DNA from: Lingula anatina
Lineage: Eukaryota; Animalia; Brachiopoda
Length of the DNA: 64,000 nucleotides
Direction: 5' to 3'
Assembly (NCBI GenBank): GCA_051362555.1
Contig: CM120641.1
Coordinates: forward strand, 4,898,001 to 4,962,000
The stretch's first letter is position 1, and every line of letters begins with the position of its first letter. Both the position numbers and the translations under genes were made by a program. Below are positions 27,001 to 40,912 of the stretch, piece after piece. The notes below the pieces were generated by a model. That model saw only the letters and a list, made by a program, of their open reading frames with translations, was not told the DNA's origin and did not search any database.

Positions 27001-30000
27001 TCAGTGCATTTTGTTTTGACACCAGGAACTACCAATTAAAAAAAGCAGGTGATAAATTTGTGATCAAATTTTCATTAGATTTCCTTTTGTTGTACATTGC
27101 TGTGCGTAATCTCACTTTAAACACAGGATGGCAAATATGAATGATGTCTGAATGCTCTTGTTGCCTGAATCTGAGTATGAACGACAGGCAAATCCTAGTT
27201 GGATAAAGACTAATGATATGTAAGGAGTTTGTTTGAAAAGACCCAATGAAGCCCACATTGATCCCTTAGTCCAAGTTTGATGTGGTATTGGTTCAGTGGA
27301 ATGGGGCAACACACCCTTTGTGTTCTACCTTCAGTGTTGACTCAAATGACGCGAGGTAACTATCAAAAGAATACCTACACACACAATTAGTCTTACTCAG
27401 CTTTGACCGTAATTTTACCTGTTGGCAAGTTCTGGGTAGAAGAGTAGGAGACATGGGATTCAGAGGGAGACATGTACACAGTGTGTGCCTCACTGCTTTA
27501 ATAAAATGACTACTGACAAAGGTGTGGAAAATAGTGAGTATATAAATAGGTTGCGAGTAAAGATAAATATTTTTCAGTCAGGGTCAGGGAAACAGAGTAT
27601 ACACACATGGAGAGAGAGGGAGACCAAATTTAGAGAAAAGGCCATTTGTTGTAAACTTTGTTTTGATTGAAATATGGAAACCATGAGAATATTGAGGCAC
27701 TGGGAAAAATTTTGATACAGTGATCAAGACTGAGATCAACTGTAAGACTATGTCCAGTAAAAAGATCACTTGGAAAAACCTTAAACAGTCTCCAAAATAT
27801 CTAGGTAGAGAGGAGAGGACACATTCATTGGTAAGAATGATGACTGGAGTTTGAAGAACGAGGTACCTGTAAAGCTTCCTGTTTATAAATGGCACAGGTG
27901 TAGGTCTACAGAGTGTGAGTCCTGGAAGATGTGATTGTATAGGGGCCGGGGGAAATGAAAAATTGCGGAAATGGGTCTTGTTTTTATGTGTTAAGGAGCT
28001 GTTTTAGTTCACTGGTTATGTGGGATTTAACGTCATCCAATAGATCATTAAGGCGCCCATGCCCACTTCCCTGCATTGGGAATGCTGGACTGCTTAGAGG
28101 GAGCTCTACCAAAAGACAAACTTTTTAAGTCCAAGCATTGGCTGGAAATACACTTTTAAGTAGCATATTAGAAATTATTTTTAATTTTCAGTATTTACTC
28201 TTGTATAACCATTATGTTAACCAGATGATGAGATATTATGAGTTTGCAAGTACAATGGAAATTAAGCAATAGCGATTTTTATGTCAATAATCTACTAATT
28301 CCAATACGGGGATGTGTTACAAACCATTTCACATGCTTATGATTCAGAAGATGAAATTACTGATGATTTATTAGATACAAATAACAAAAGCATCAGCCCA
28401 ATAATTGGGTAAAGTATTGCGTCCTCATGTTTTTGTACTAGTATGATGCATTTGTGTTTATGAAATCACAGGAAGAGGCAATTGACGTTTGTATATCCAA
28501 CATGTTTTCTTTTTCTTGGAAGATATTATAGATACCCTGATAAAATTATCATTCCCATCGGCATAAATAGTTATGTAATGATTCATGCACACACACACGC
28601 ATTAAAAAAACAGGGTGTGAGAAACAACTCTCTAATTGTTATAAAGCAAACAATGGTTGACATAGTTTTTAAAATTCCATGGTGCAGTGATTGTACTGTA
28701 TAGCATTATCACTCAATAAATTATAGAAAAAAATTATCAGGAAATGAATATTTGATAATAAGTAATATTCCCATAGATAAAACAATTTTATTGTCATTCA
28801 ACTGGTACAATTAGGCTTTCTATAGTGAAAAATGAGGCTTGACACAAAATTTACTTTTCCTAGAATGTAACATGTGTACCAGCTGGTGTGTTAGGGCAGA
28901 GAGATGAAGATTGAATGGTCAGGCACCAGTGCTGGTCAAAAAGATGTGGTCATTTTTCATTGGTGTTCTCAGTTGCACTCTCTGGTGTGCTTCACTAGTT
29001 GCTTGCTTTCAAATGAAAAAACAATTCAAAACAGGAGAAGCCAGAATTGCCATTTCTTAATTTTCATTAAAGATGATGATTGATTTAAAATACTGTGAAA
29101 CTGAACTCCCTTGTTTCTCATCCATTACATGTATAAAACAGCCAGACCAATCGCAAAAATTAGTAGACATATTGATTTCTAATTACTCTTGCTTTTGTCT
29201 AATTATTCATTGAATTGGGGATTTAAAATTACTTCAGATTTCTTGGAATTTTTTGCTGTTCTGGCTTGGACCTCAAAATCTGGGGTATAATATAATTTTG
29301 GTCTTTCCTAGAAAGTGCTAGCGCTGCAGATGAAACTCGCTATTTCCTTCTGGTAACTTTTGAGTAGTTCTGTCCCACATGTGCTTTCTTTAGCATTGAC
29401 AACATGATTAAGATTTGGCACTGCTAGTGGATTTTATATTAAAATCTTCTGACAAACACCTTTTTTATGTTATTAAAACGGATTTTATTGATTTCCACCA
29501 TTTACTAAAACGTGGCTGTTGAAACTTGTTTACTTCATTTTAAAAACTTTCAATCAATTTTTTATTTCCTCAAATTAAGCAGCATCCCTTGATTCTCAGT
29601 GTTTGGGATTTTACAAAAGAAAGTGGAAAAATATGAATATTTTGTAGCATGTGATTAAACTTTATTGAATTTCTTATTTCCTCACAGGATTATGATCGGG
29701 AATTAAGCCACTGGGAGTTCCGCCATAGGCTCTTGAAAAGAATGAAAGCTGGCTATGAGCATGCAAGTAAGTATTGTTTCCATCTACACTTTGCACAAAT
29801 AAAACAAAAACCATATATGGACATTGTCCAAAGTGGCCTTTAACAGCTCTAAAAGCTGTGTCTGCCTTTTTTGAAGCTTGAATAAAAATAAATCATTCAC
29901 GTATGCAATATTTTTACTGATATTTTTACTTTCATATAGCCCATGGCTAGCTAGTAAGGTTCTTGTCTCCATGGATTATATAAATTGAGGCTTCTGAAAT

Positions 30001-33000
30001 GCACAATGGTTATATTAACCTTTGTATGTTTGGAATTTGATAATGTATAAAAATGAGTAACACAAGACATGCTAAATATTAGATCAGAAATACATCTTGA
30101 AGTGGTTTTCTTCTTCCATTCCATCAAGTTTGCACAGCTCTGAATACAAACAGAGGATTTACTCTGAAAAGATTGTTGAAAACTTGAGAAACCAACTGGA
30201 ACTCAAAGAAATGATGTAACATGTTTTTAGGTTATATTTGTCCAAGAATCAAAACTACTCACTATCCCTGGCATAAACCAGAATGGTTAGAAAGTGAATG
30301 GCTTGCTTGTTTAGATAAAAAGTGATCAGCCGAACCTTTGGCTATAGAAAAATTTATAGCCATGAGTCATTTGGTGCAGTGGTTTCTTCAAGTAGGTTTT
30401 AATATATGGCTAGAGCTTGTCTGAGTAAACAAATCCAGAAGAAAAAACTGCAATGTATACCTATTTTTAGTTTTTAAATGTTTTGAAAAACTGAAAAACA
30501 TTAGAATCCAAAAATAGATTGACCAAGACTCAAATTGAAAAGTTGTTTACAAAAATCTTTAGAGACTTAGTATTGATTGATGTTTTTTTTTTCCTTCGTC
30601 TTTAGAGAACATTTTTTCTCAGTTTTAATCAATCAGTTTTGCTGGTGCAGTTTTTGTCATATCCATTGATTTACTATTGGTTCAGCTCTAACAGCCGTTA
30701 TAAGTATTAATGCAAGCTTAGTCACTCACCAGTTTACAACGGCTTCCTGGAAGTTCAGTTGGGATGTGTCAAGCCAGTAGTTAACTGACAGGCATATAAA
30801 AATAGCTTCATGAAAGAGGGAAATTGGATAGTCTTGATTACTATGAGAGCTGAAGAACAACAGCTTTATAAGACTGAAAGACTTTGGTAGAACAGTTTTA
30901 TCTCGATTATCTAGTCTAGAAGGAAGCCACTTCAACTTTATCAGTACCAGGATTAGATGTTCAAACAAATATGTTACTACAGGAATCGCTGTGTGAGCTC
31001 TGTAAACTTTCTACCAAGATTTTGATGAACATTTCTGCCTCAGATGAGGTATCGATATATGATGATGATGATGGTATCAACTGTCCACCTCCTTCTCCAG
31101 GGGTGCCCGATGCTCCAGCCAGTGCCAGACTCAGTGTGGCCAGTGCAGAATCCTTGACCGTTAGGTTTGATGAGCCTGACCAGCACAATGGCGCTGTGGT
31201 CACCAGATATAAAGGTAAGGCTGCTTATTAAGTTAAAAATTTTTGTATTTGTTACTTTTTGCTTTAAGTTACAGATTTATGTTTGGAATCAGAGTTATTA
31301 GAATTAAATTGTTTGTAACAAAATTCCTGATTTTTATTGATGTAGCATCAAAGCAGATGCATCTTATTAAATACCGTTGGTCTAGGCTGAATACTATTAT
31401 ATTTGCATTTTATCTGAAGGGTCAATGCATAAAAAGTTGTTTTTTTTTAATTTTCAAAAGAAAAATCTAGAGACAGAATTTTTGAAACATTACTTTGGAA
31501 GAGAGATCCACAGCTTAAATATCTTTTCCAAAAGAACATTGATTTTGTGTTCTTTTGTTTTCACTTATCACTGTTAAACTTTGGTCAGCAACAAGTTTAC
31601 AATTTAAATTTTTTTTCTACAGAAATATGTATTTTTGTTCATGTAAAGTAAATTTTTTTTATATGTAAACATTAAATTATAGTCAGTAGTGAGCATTGTT
31701 TTAACTTTTTCCATTCTTTTGGAGGAAAAGTGCCAAATACAAGTAATAAATCAGGTAAACATACTCGAGAACTTATTGAGTACCAAGGAGACAGATGGGA
31801 GAGTACGGATGTCCCTGACAACTTTGATATAGTGGGTTTGAACAGGGCATGGTGGCCAAAGAAGTGGAACATACAACATCTGTCATAGGTCCATCACATA
31901 TTTTATATCCTCTATCCATCACAACAAACAAATATAGTATCAAACTTTATCCAATTCGTTTTCAGTTGAGTGGAGCTGTTTTGAGACATTCAGCCCCTTG
32001 GCGGGAGAAGCAATTTTAGAAGATGTCCGCCATCTTGAGTATGACATCCCGGGCCTGACGCAAGGCAATGTGTATTATGTCCAGGTTACAGCATGGAATA
32101 TCAAGGGATGGGGCCCTCCTACACCCACCAGCCCTCCATATGCTATACCTTCTAGTAAGTTATACATTCTTATCAGTTTTGGAATCTGACCGTTTTAAAA
32201 TGTCCCTAAGCTTTGTCATAAGAGATGGATTGTTACAGGCATATTGAGGTCTATTGACTACAGTTCTGAAACAAAAAATCTTAAAAGAACTGAGTTTTTG
32301 GTTTTTTTTTTTTTTAATATTATTTGTTTTTGCTATTTTCTATCAAACCATTAGTATTTGATGGGTGATTTTATCTCTCATTTTCTCTTTTACATACCAT
32401 AGTGTTTTGGTATCATCATCTAGCTAGCAGGTATCAAAATTAGACTTCCACTTGATTTCATAAAAGCTGTAAAAATCGTCTAATATATGTGGTATATGAT
32501 AACTGAGAAATGTGACACACCTTGTTACACCTGTAGTGTATCATTAACATTTATTTACTCATCCACTTAATGTAATGAATCAGATACAACATCAGCTTTC
32601 CTGACTTAAACATACCAATACGTCACTCCACATGCTTTTGATATGATATCAGAAATAGCCCAGCTAAGTGGTCTAAAATATTCATGACATGATATATGAC
32701 TAAAAACATGTATTTAAGGAACCCTCAGATTTCAAGTAGTATACACCTGGCATCATCATTTCTATGTCTTCTCCCAGACTGGTTATGAGCTGAAATCACT
32801 TTGAGGTCTGTAACTGTGGGGGGCAGAGACACCTGACTGCACCTCAGACTTATAAATCCCTTAATTGTGAACTAACCTGGTATTTAATGACGCGTTTCAT
32901 TTGGGATCTGATTGCATTTAGCAAGATTCCCCTCGGAGTTGGATTGATCTACATAAAACAATAGTTTCTTTGGGAATGAACCCGTAGACTGACTGATATA

Positions 33001-33759
33001 ACACTAATCATAAATATTATGTATGTATTTGATTAATGTTTAAGTAGTGCACACCATCATACTTGTCTCAGAAAGGCATAAAAGTATCTTGAAAAGTTGC
33101 TTCGTGTTTTGGTAAAAATTATTGAGAGTGTGATGGATGGGCACTCGTAATAAAAAAATATGCACATCAAAAAGACATCAAATAAATAGGCAGAAATTAA
33201 AATAAACATGACATCTATTTTCCAGTGTGGATAAGATAAAGTGAGAGAGACAGCGCAGTTGAAGTAGCTATTGTTTCTTATGGCTTCCCCTTTCTGTTGA
33301 AATGCAGTTCCAGATAAACTGACAAGCTTAGAGCAGTAATGGCACTGATCTCTCCTAGTAGAAAATTGAAATTGATAGTAAATAGTCACCACGAGGAAGA
33401 GCAACCCCAAATAATTGATTTTTCCAGTAAATCTCCCACTTAACAGATGTCCCTTCATGACAGTGAGGTTTGAATTAGAAGAGGGTTCTGGGTTTGATGT
33501 AGTAAATTATCTGTCTGTCTGGGTGCCTTATGGACATTTCCAAGAATCGCGGGTCATTGGTGCTATAATTGAGGGTGGGCTGGTCACTAGCTTGAAGGTC
33601 ATCTTTGGAAAAAGCACCTTCAGGGAATTAAAGTATTAATGGGAATCATTGGAGGAAAACATAAATGAATAGTATTTCTCTTTTGTTAATCAGAAAGACA
33701 CTTACACCTGTGTGTGGAAAATATATCAGGTTACACTTTAGCATGCACCACAAATCACA

Positions 33760-33801
<42 letters not shown>

Positions 33802-35974
33802 GCTATCTGCTGCCTCCTTTTTTCACAGAATTTAATCAAATTAAAACACCTATCTGGTCATCCATCTAAACTCAGAACATTTTCTAAGGGTCATCACTAC
33901 AGATACTTTTTTACCACCCCAACTTAAAAGAAATTGATATTGCAGTTTTTTTACAGGTATTCACCTCTCTCTGTTTATTTGTTTATTTATTTATTTGTTT
34001 ACTTTAAAATCGGAGTTATCAATAAAGTAGAAATCATTCTTCTTTAGGCTGGCGCGAGGTGAGCGGAGTGAAACCCAGAAATGAGGGCAAACTTCAACTG
34101 CTGGATGATCTGTTCTCTCAAGTCCGTGCATCCCGACCAGCTGATGCCTCGGAAATAAAAGGTGAGGTTTCAAGACCTGCTGATTAATCTTTGAAATATG
34201 TAACGGTATTAAGTGTCTTAATATTAGTTAATTTATATAACTGCAAAAGTTATTAGTGTATATTTGTCAATAGTCTTGGAATTTGTTGATGCTCTTAAGA
34301 TTGTTTTTAGTGATATTTGTTTGGTGAATTTTAAAATTGCTTGATTGATTGATTGATGGATTGATTGCTTTTATGCTTTCAGACAATCAGCCAACAGGCT
34401 CACCAAGTTATCAAAGAAAAAATACAGTGAGAAAAAGCATTAAAAACTTGTTTACCTCAGCACCTAAATTCCAGAAAAATTTAAAAAGGTATGTATGGTT
34501 CAGCTTTGTATACGGAATTAAAGTTGACATTTAACAAACTCTTGAGATTCACGTCAATAAGTCTGTTAAATCAATTAGATGTTAAAATGAAAACCAGCAG
34601 GAAAAATCTGAGAAGCACTGTTCGTAATGGTTGATTTTTACAGCACACTTCAGGAAAATTCATTGCTGCAGTTCTCGTTTTACCTGCAGGGTAGTTAAGC
34701 AGGTCTTTAGGTCATTTCTGCATCAGGTTCTATCAGTTCCGGACCTTGAGCTGTTTTACTATCTTTTCAGGGGAGTTTATCTAGCAAGTTTAGTTTATAA
34801 TGAAGACAAAATTTTAGTCACAAATGAAGATCATTTACCAATTGTGGAGGTGGACGAGAACTTCTCCAGTGCCAGCCTTCACTCTGACTTTCACTGGATG
34901 ATGAAGGTACATGAATCGCTAGTTTTTTTTTTTTTTTTCAAAAGTTTTTTCTCCTATTTTGTTATCAGAGATGGGAGTCAGTTTAGTACATTTTAGTGAT
35001 TTATCTGTTTTTTTTCTCCTTAAAACAATTCGAAGAATTTTAACAGACGTAAAGACAGACACAGATATGTCTTTCTCAGTATTTAATCCAGAGGAAATTG
35101 AATTAGGAAGAGAAAATTGAGGTGGACATGAGACCACCTACCTAAAGTAATTTGAAAATTAAATAAATATGTGTCACTTTCAGATTGCATGCACATGGGA
35201 AGATGTGAAGTCTCTTCGTCAAGACATAGAAAAAATCTCCAGTTCGTCTTTGGTCCATTTCCGTAGCAAGTTGTTGCAGGCTGCGGCACAGTTGCAGGTA
35301 GGTGGAAATAATTAGATAAATGTCCCTACACCCATTAAGATTGTATCACTGTTAACATATAGCTGCTGCTATCAATCAAAAGTTGGAGGGCCACCAAAAC
35401 GGTGTCATAACCAATCATTTCAAGCAGGAAGACCCGCTCCTAGTTGGCAAATGAAGATAAGTTCTTTTACCAACGAGGAGATTTATTAGACTTACAGAAA
35501 AGAAAAATTACTTGGACCTGCCAAACATCTCAAGCGTCAAGGTGAGAGTAATTACCTTTTCAAGGTAGGGAACTTTTCACTTAACATTGCCTCAGACACA
35601 TCTTTTCAATCATCTTTTTTTTTTTCATTCTCTCAGACTGCTTTAGGAATCCAGGACCTGGGCCAGTTTTTCTATAAGCCTATCAAGGACAGCAATGGCA
35701 GTATAGTCCTGATGACTGTGAATAATATTCGAGAACCAAAACAAGTGAACAGTGCCGCCATGAAGTGGATGCCGTTCAGTAAGGTGCACAAGAGGATGTC
35801 GGTCAGTGATGCAGGCCTGGTGTGTCCAGAACTTCTGATGACCATGGTCAATGTGAGTACTTTTATTTTAATACATGCATTTCTGTTAAAAATTCTTGGT
35901 GGTTTTCATTAGTTTTTTCAACATAAATTTCAAAAATCATGTAATTATCAAAATGTTTCAGGTCATTTTTTCCC

Positions 35975-36013
<39 letters not shown>

Positions 36014-38444
36014 TTGTTATTTTTTATCACTTAAAAAGTTTCCATATCAAAAATATTTCAATTAACTTGGGTATTAATTGCATACTTATATCTATATTTC
36101 TTTCACGAAACTACCTAGCTGATTTTGTATTTTATTATTTTTGTCAACTTTTATTATAAAAACAAAAAAGAAACTAACCATACAAATTCCTGTGTCTCTC
36201 ATAAGATGATGTTCTTTATCTCAGGAAATGATCCTGTATCACCAGCTGAGCACCATGGTTCTTCCCAAGGGTCTCTATCTGGGCTACCTCAAGTTAAAAA
36301 GCACAGTTGATCTCATCAGAATGCTGGTGGCAGAGAAGTCTCCCAATGTCCTGCCTTACACCAAGATCAGGAACTGTCCAAATGTGTCCAAGTGAGTGAA
36401 AAAAATAAAAAATTTACTTGAGAGAAAATATTATTTTACTGGAAAAAAGACAGACTTTGAAATAATATTTTTAGAGTTTATATGGAGAGTTTTTGAATTG
36501 TTTTACAGGATTGGGCATATAATTGTTTTCAACCGTTTGGTAAGAAGATATATTTATTTTAGTATGTTTTTATTTCGGGGGGATCTCTATAAATGTGATT
36601 TTTTAAAAGTTAATTAAATTGAATAAGGAGTTGATGAACTGTAAAACAGGTGTGCAGTTTTGTTGTTAATCATATTCTTTAATCCCATTCTCCTTCTTAC
36701 TGCAGAGAAGAATGGGAGTGGCTTCAGAGCTTGGGAGTAAATGAGGCCAAGTCTGACCCCACCCAAGCCCAGCAAGACTTCTGTGGACAGCTGGTAGAAT
36801 CAACGAAAAGACTTTTAGAAACACTAGGTGTCAGTGATGATGAAGCGGTGACACACAGACTGTTTGAGATGGAGGTGATTGAGTTTAGTCCTGACGTGTG
36901 TTTCATCCTGCTGTTACCCCCAGTGGAGGCAGTGTGCAGTGTACCAGGGCACAACGATGAAATGACAGATAAGACCGATTTCCTGGCTCTACCAGTGCAA
37001 GTATTTGAAATGAGTAAGTCGTACTTTCTTCTTTTGACTAGACTCCCATCTCAATCTGTATGTTTCTGACAACATTAATTTTTCCTGACATTTATTGCTG
37101 GCATTTTTTTTTCTTTTGCTGGATCAGCATCAAGTGCAAGACATTCATTTAGGGAAAGAAGTTTCAAAATGAATCAAGCTTGCAAGAATAAGAAGGCCCA
37201 ATTTATGGCCCTTGTGTAAATTCAATAAGTGTAACCCAGGAATTAAAAATTAAAACTGCAAACAAAGAATTTGTGAAATGTTTTCATGTAAAGACACAAC
37301 AACAAGATGTTGATTTTTTCTTTCCAGTACACATGTGTAGCTACCAGTATGAGTTTATAAGCCGATACTCCAGGCTGTCTTCCATACTAGAAATGGACAC
37401 ATGCTTGGCACAACAAGCTCAGAGAGAGGTGAGCCACAGTAGCACTGTGTATTTGAAATAGCCACTTTTTATGGAGTTTGTCTAGCAGCCGAATCGGTGA
37501 TAAGTTTTTGAAAAAATCATTGGTCATTTTAATTTAGCCAAAGTGAATTATCTTTTGCATTTGAGATACTAGTAATTTTTCCATGCAAACCTAAGTAGGC
37601 CTGGCAGTTTAGCCTTAGATTCACAACATTTAGTGGGTCTTAGTACTAAATTTAAAAATAAATTTCCAAATGCATTATTGTATTCATACCACAAATCTTT
37701 TCTTTTTTTAATCAGGCGTTTTCCTCTGAAGAGCTAGCTGTTGCCAAAGAAAGAATTGAGCAGTTGACAAAATTCCAGCAAATCCTTGATGAAGCATGGA
37801 AAAGTATGAGATGGACCATGGAAGTGATAACGTATGCCAGGGACAGAGGGGTGCGAGGAGGGGTACCTCTAGGGGTGTTATACGCACCCCCACCCTCCCC
37901 AAATGACTCCCCATTGCCAAACAGAAAAGATGTCGAATCTACTAGTAGTGATGCTGGTTACCATAGTGATAAGGGGTCCAGTACAGACCTGCACAGCAGT
38001 GAGACAGCAACAGTGCCCTCTACTGGCCAGCAGCAGGGAGATGTAGACATGGGGTGTGATGACTTACAGCTACTTATTAACACACAGAACAATAACAAAC
38101 CAGGAATATTACGTGTCTACGCAGCCTATGACACAGGACTTGCAGATGGCACAAGTGTCAAGTTGCATGTAACACCTAAAACTTCATCTAGGGAAGTTAT
38201 TAATTTGGTGGTTCAACAACTGAATAAGGCAGTAAAAACTAAGGGCCTGCAAGGGCCATATTATGCAGAAGACCAGTTGGAAGAGTTTTGCCTTGTTGCA
38301 GTGATTGGTGCTCGAGAGCGCATTCTTAGGGACGATTATCAACCATTACAGCTCCAAAATCCTTGGACAAAAGGCAGGCTGTTTGTAAGGTTAAAGAGCA
38401 ATCTCTTGGCTGCCTTAGAACAAGGCACTGCAACTGCAGTTTAA
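5158..38444 (+). CDS. ANKFN1: Ankyrin repeat and fibronectin type-III domain protein 1 / wide awake (banderuola) orthologue, multi-exon, 5'-incomplete
   Basis: Phase-consistent GT-AG exon chain: 5158-5304, 13720-13841, 15172-15200, 16229-16342, 16536-16678, 18142-18252, 22607-22685, 24738-24841, 25080-25195, 29688-29766, 31101-31214, 31966-32154, 34048-34161, 34383-34488, 34771-34906, 35184-35297, 35637-35852, 36225-36391, 36706-37013, 37328-37428, 37716-38444 (TAA). Translation gives ankyrin repeats (LFDAVEHQD...LTPLDVAVMTNHVPMAKMLLTLGAKE), WEFRHRLLKRMKAGYEHA, FN3 (PDAPASARLSV...VVTRYKVEWS...YYVQVTAWNIKGWGPP), GLYLGYLKL and a C-terminal RA-like domain (LRVYAAYDTGLADGTSVKLHVTPKTSSREVINLVV). 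The core from 22607 onward is more certain than the upstream low-complexity exons. Confidence 0.9.
5957..6039. repeat. (TC)n microsatellite
   Basis: Uninterrupted TC dinucleotide run of about 41 units. Confidence 0.97.
9483..9693 (+). CDS. ANKFN1: Putative alternative first coding exon of ANKFN1 (MLTVKQHRTE...KVPPVVP)
   Basis: ATG at 9483, open for 70 codons, ending at a consensus donor C|GTAAGT in phase 1, which matches the phase-1 acceptor of exon 13720. Confidence 0.55.
20601..20946. repeat. Local tandem duplication, 2 x about 171-175 bp
   Basis: 20601-20771 and 20772-20946 are near-identical (AAGTTAATTAAA...CGAAGATGGCAAATCCAAAATAAAGATGCCCAG...GAAGATAACCC). Confidence 0.9.
21469..22685 (+). 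CDS. ANKFN1: Large alternative N-terminal exon of ANKFN1 (about 405 codons, Lys/Ser/Glu-rich) running in frame into the first ankyrin exon
   Basis: 416-aa ORF 21439-22689 with ATG at 21469 (GAAATGG). It ends ...LFDAVEHQDMDLAKLILEAEDLDVN at donor AG|GTGAGT (22685), which splices in phase 2 to exon 24738. Confidence 0.7.
33756..33799. repeat. (CA)n microsatellite
   Basis: CA run with one TA interruption. Confidence 0.95.
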
Positions 38445-40126
38445 ACCTTTAATTTATTAGTAGGATATAAAAAAGGATATAATGCGCAAAAGTAACATGT
38501 CAGGACCTCAAACCATTCTCATTCAAGGTGCACAGTAATTGGTTTTTCAATGATTTGGGTGTGTCTAAGTGTCAATAAAATTATTTCCTTGCACTCAGTT
38601 CTGTAATTTTTACTCCTAAATTAGTTTGAAATGAAAATGGTATTGTTTAGAAGCATATTGTGATGACAATCTTTTTTCTGTTTTTGTTGAATTGTGTTAT
38701 CTTTATAGTAAGGTACTGAGCTTAATCACCCTAGGTTTAGATATTGTTTATAAAACTGCTTACTATGGTTATGTTTTTAAAAAAACTATTAATGCACATT
38801 TGGGGAACTTGACTATATTTAAGGTATCATTTTTCCTATAGAAAGGTGCATTTGTTAGAAAAATTACGACAGCTTATTTTGGCTTTTCATACTGCAGGCA
38901 GTAGGTTTTGCCATGCCAAATTTCATAGCATGTATTTATTATTTTTAAATAAAATCATACTAGACAAATACTTCTTTTGAAAAAGTTAAATAAATGTATG
39001 GTCAGACTAAGAGATTCGGTTGCCTTGGAGCAAACTACATATAAAGGTTGTGTCATTATACAAATAATGTTTTTGAAAAACAAGAATCTCTGGAATCTGT
39101 TCAGTTTAGTAATCCTATGACAGTATATGTTGAGTATATGTTGTCAGCATTGCAGGCACCACTTGTACCATCCATAATAGATGTAAATAGCTATTTTAAA
39201 CTATTTGGAAGAGCCAGATCTGAATGTGTAAATAGTTGTTGTGATGTAGAAATAGTTGTACGAATGGAATAAAATTTAAAAGACATTTTTTTCTCCTTGT
39301 TTTCATTCCCATACTGAATAGTTTACTGTCAAGAATTAAAACCACAGACAAAATTCAGCTAATTGTTCGTATATATCGTTTTTCAAGTGCACACTTAAAA
39401 GTAGTCCTAAACGTGAGAGATTTCTGAATAGCTAAGAACTATAATTACTTGTAGCAAAACTGTGTAGCAAAGACTTCTACGTGGTTCTGAAGCATCTGGC
39501 ATAAATCTTAAGAAATTCAATGTGATTGATGTTGACGTGTTAATTAATGTAATTTAAAATTTGCATTTTACCAAATGGTGCAAACAGTACTGTTGGAACA
39601 ATGTTTTCACTCGAAAAAGAATGAGATTTTTGATACTCGTGTTGGTACACGTACACATAGGAAGGAGGGCCTGCGAGAACCTTTTTGCTCAGAAAATATC
39701 TCCCCTGAATCTAAATTTGATCCAAGTCCTATGCCATTTCTCAAGCTGAGTCAAGCTGGGAAGTCAAAAGATGCGCTTTATCAGAAAAGGAAACCATCTG
39801 AAATGGCTGGGACAACAAACACATTTGCCACTTGTGTGTTAAATTAGAATCTCACCTGATACACTGCAAACTTGGGGCCAATTACATACAAACATTCTAA
39901 GCCCTAGTTGGTTGCTAAACTTCATTCTATCTCTAGTTGCATACTAACTCTATTCCATAAAACCATTCTAAGCCTAGTATAGTTGTTCTTAGTTTCATGC
40001 TTAAGTTAGAGTAGGTCCGAGTATCTTCTAAAACACTAGTATCATTTTAGCTCATTTCTACTCATACCTCCGAGGTGTAAGGATGACCAGGAGAATTTTA
40101 GAAATTGTGGAACTCTGCTGAGCAAT

Positions 40127-40360
40127 GCCATTGGACATTGTCAGCAGGTAATGATAGCCCTGCAATACTATGCACGGGCACTTTCCAATATGTTGTTGGG
40201 GACCCTTTGCAGTGTCCCAGCAAACTGCCTGGAATGCGATTCATCATGTATCAAATGCTCTTGCAGCAAGGATTGGGGATTATGTGAAATTTCCAAATGC
40301 ACAAAATATGGCCAACATCAAGGATGGGTTCTACAGGATGAGAAATATACACATTAGGAA
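40127..40360 (+). pseudogene. Degraded PIF/Harbinger (HARBI1-like) transposase fragment
   Basis: Joining reading frames gives QQVMIALQYYA / GTFQYVVGDP / AVSQQTAWNAIHHVSNALAARIGDYVKFPNAQNMANIKDGFYRM. This resembles the HARBI1-family segment (QVLAALGFYTSGSFQ..GD..GISQ....R....V..AL......FI.FP.......K..FY) just upstream of the first catalytic Asp. At least two frameshifts, truncated. Confidence 0.7.
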
Positions 40361-40912
40361 ACCTTGCCTTGTGTTGATTCAGTATGCTTACCCAAGGTTT
40401 ATTTTTCCTAGCATTGGTGTATGCATCCTTGTGTTGACTATCTAATGTGTCCTTAAATTCTTCATAGCATTCGGCTTTATTGTCTGACACGCTGCCTCGG
40501 GCAGCAAGGGGGTTGTTAATTTTCAACTTGCTGCATTCAGTTAAGCAGATTGCACTAAACGAGTGCCCCCAGCAGAGTAGTTGTGTGAAATTATTGAAAT
40601 GTTACATTTATGTAAAATAAAGTGAGATTCAGTAAAGTGAGATTCAACAATTTATTTTGATTTACATACTGGGTATGTCAATAAAAATGATAAATTATAA
40701 ACAATTGTTGGTTTAAACTACAGAATATTATATAATTAGCAGACAAGAGCTTAGCAGTAATATCTAGTGCTTTTAAAAACAATAGTCATCTCTGTAAGTC
40801 TGTAATATTTTTACAAACAATGAAAATACTGTTCATTGTTTTTAAATTATCTTTTCCCCACTTATTAATACATTAATTTTATATGACAGTCTGTGAAAAA
40901 TTAATTCGTGTC

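Noticed and set aside
28290-28410. Acidic coding-like stretch (HAYDSEDEITDDLLD) before a GTAAAG donor-like site in an ANKFN1 intron
   Set aside because: Bounded by an in-frame stop with no ATG or usable acceptor; the flanking exons already join in phase.
39561-39847. Possible degenerate THAP-domain remnant (FCSENISPESKFD)
   Set aside because: The diagnostic C2CH ligands, Trp and AVP box cannot be recovered in any frame; the resemblance is too weak without an HMM search.
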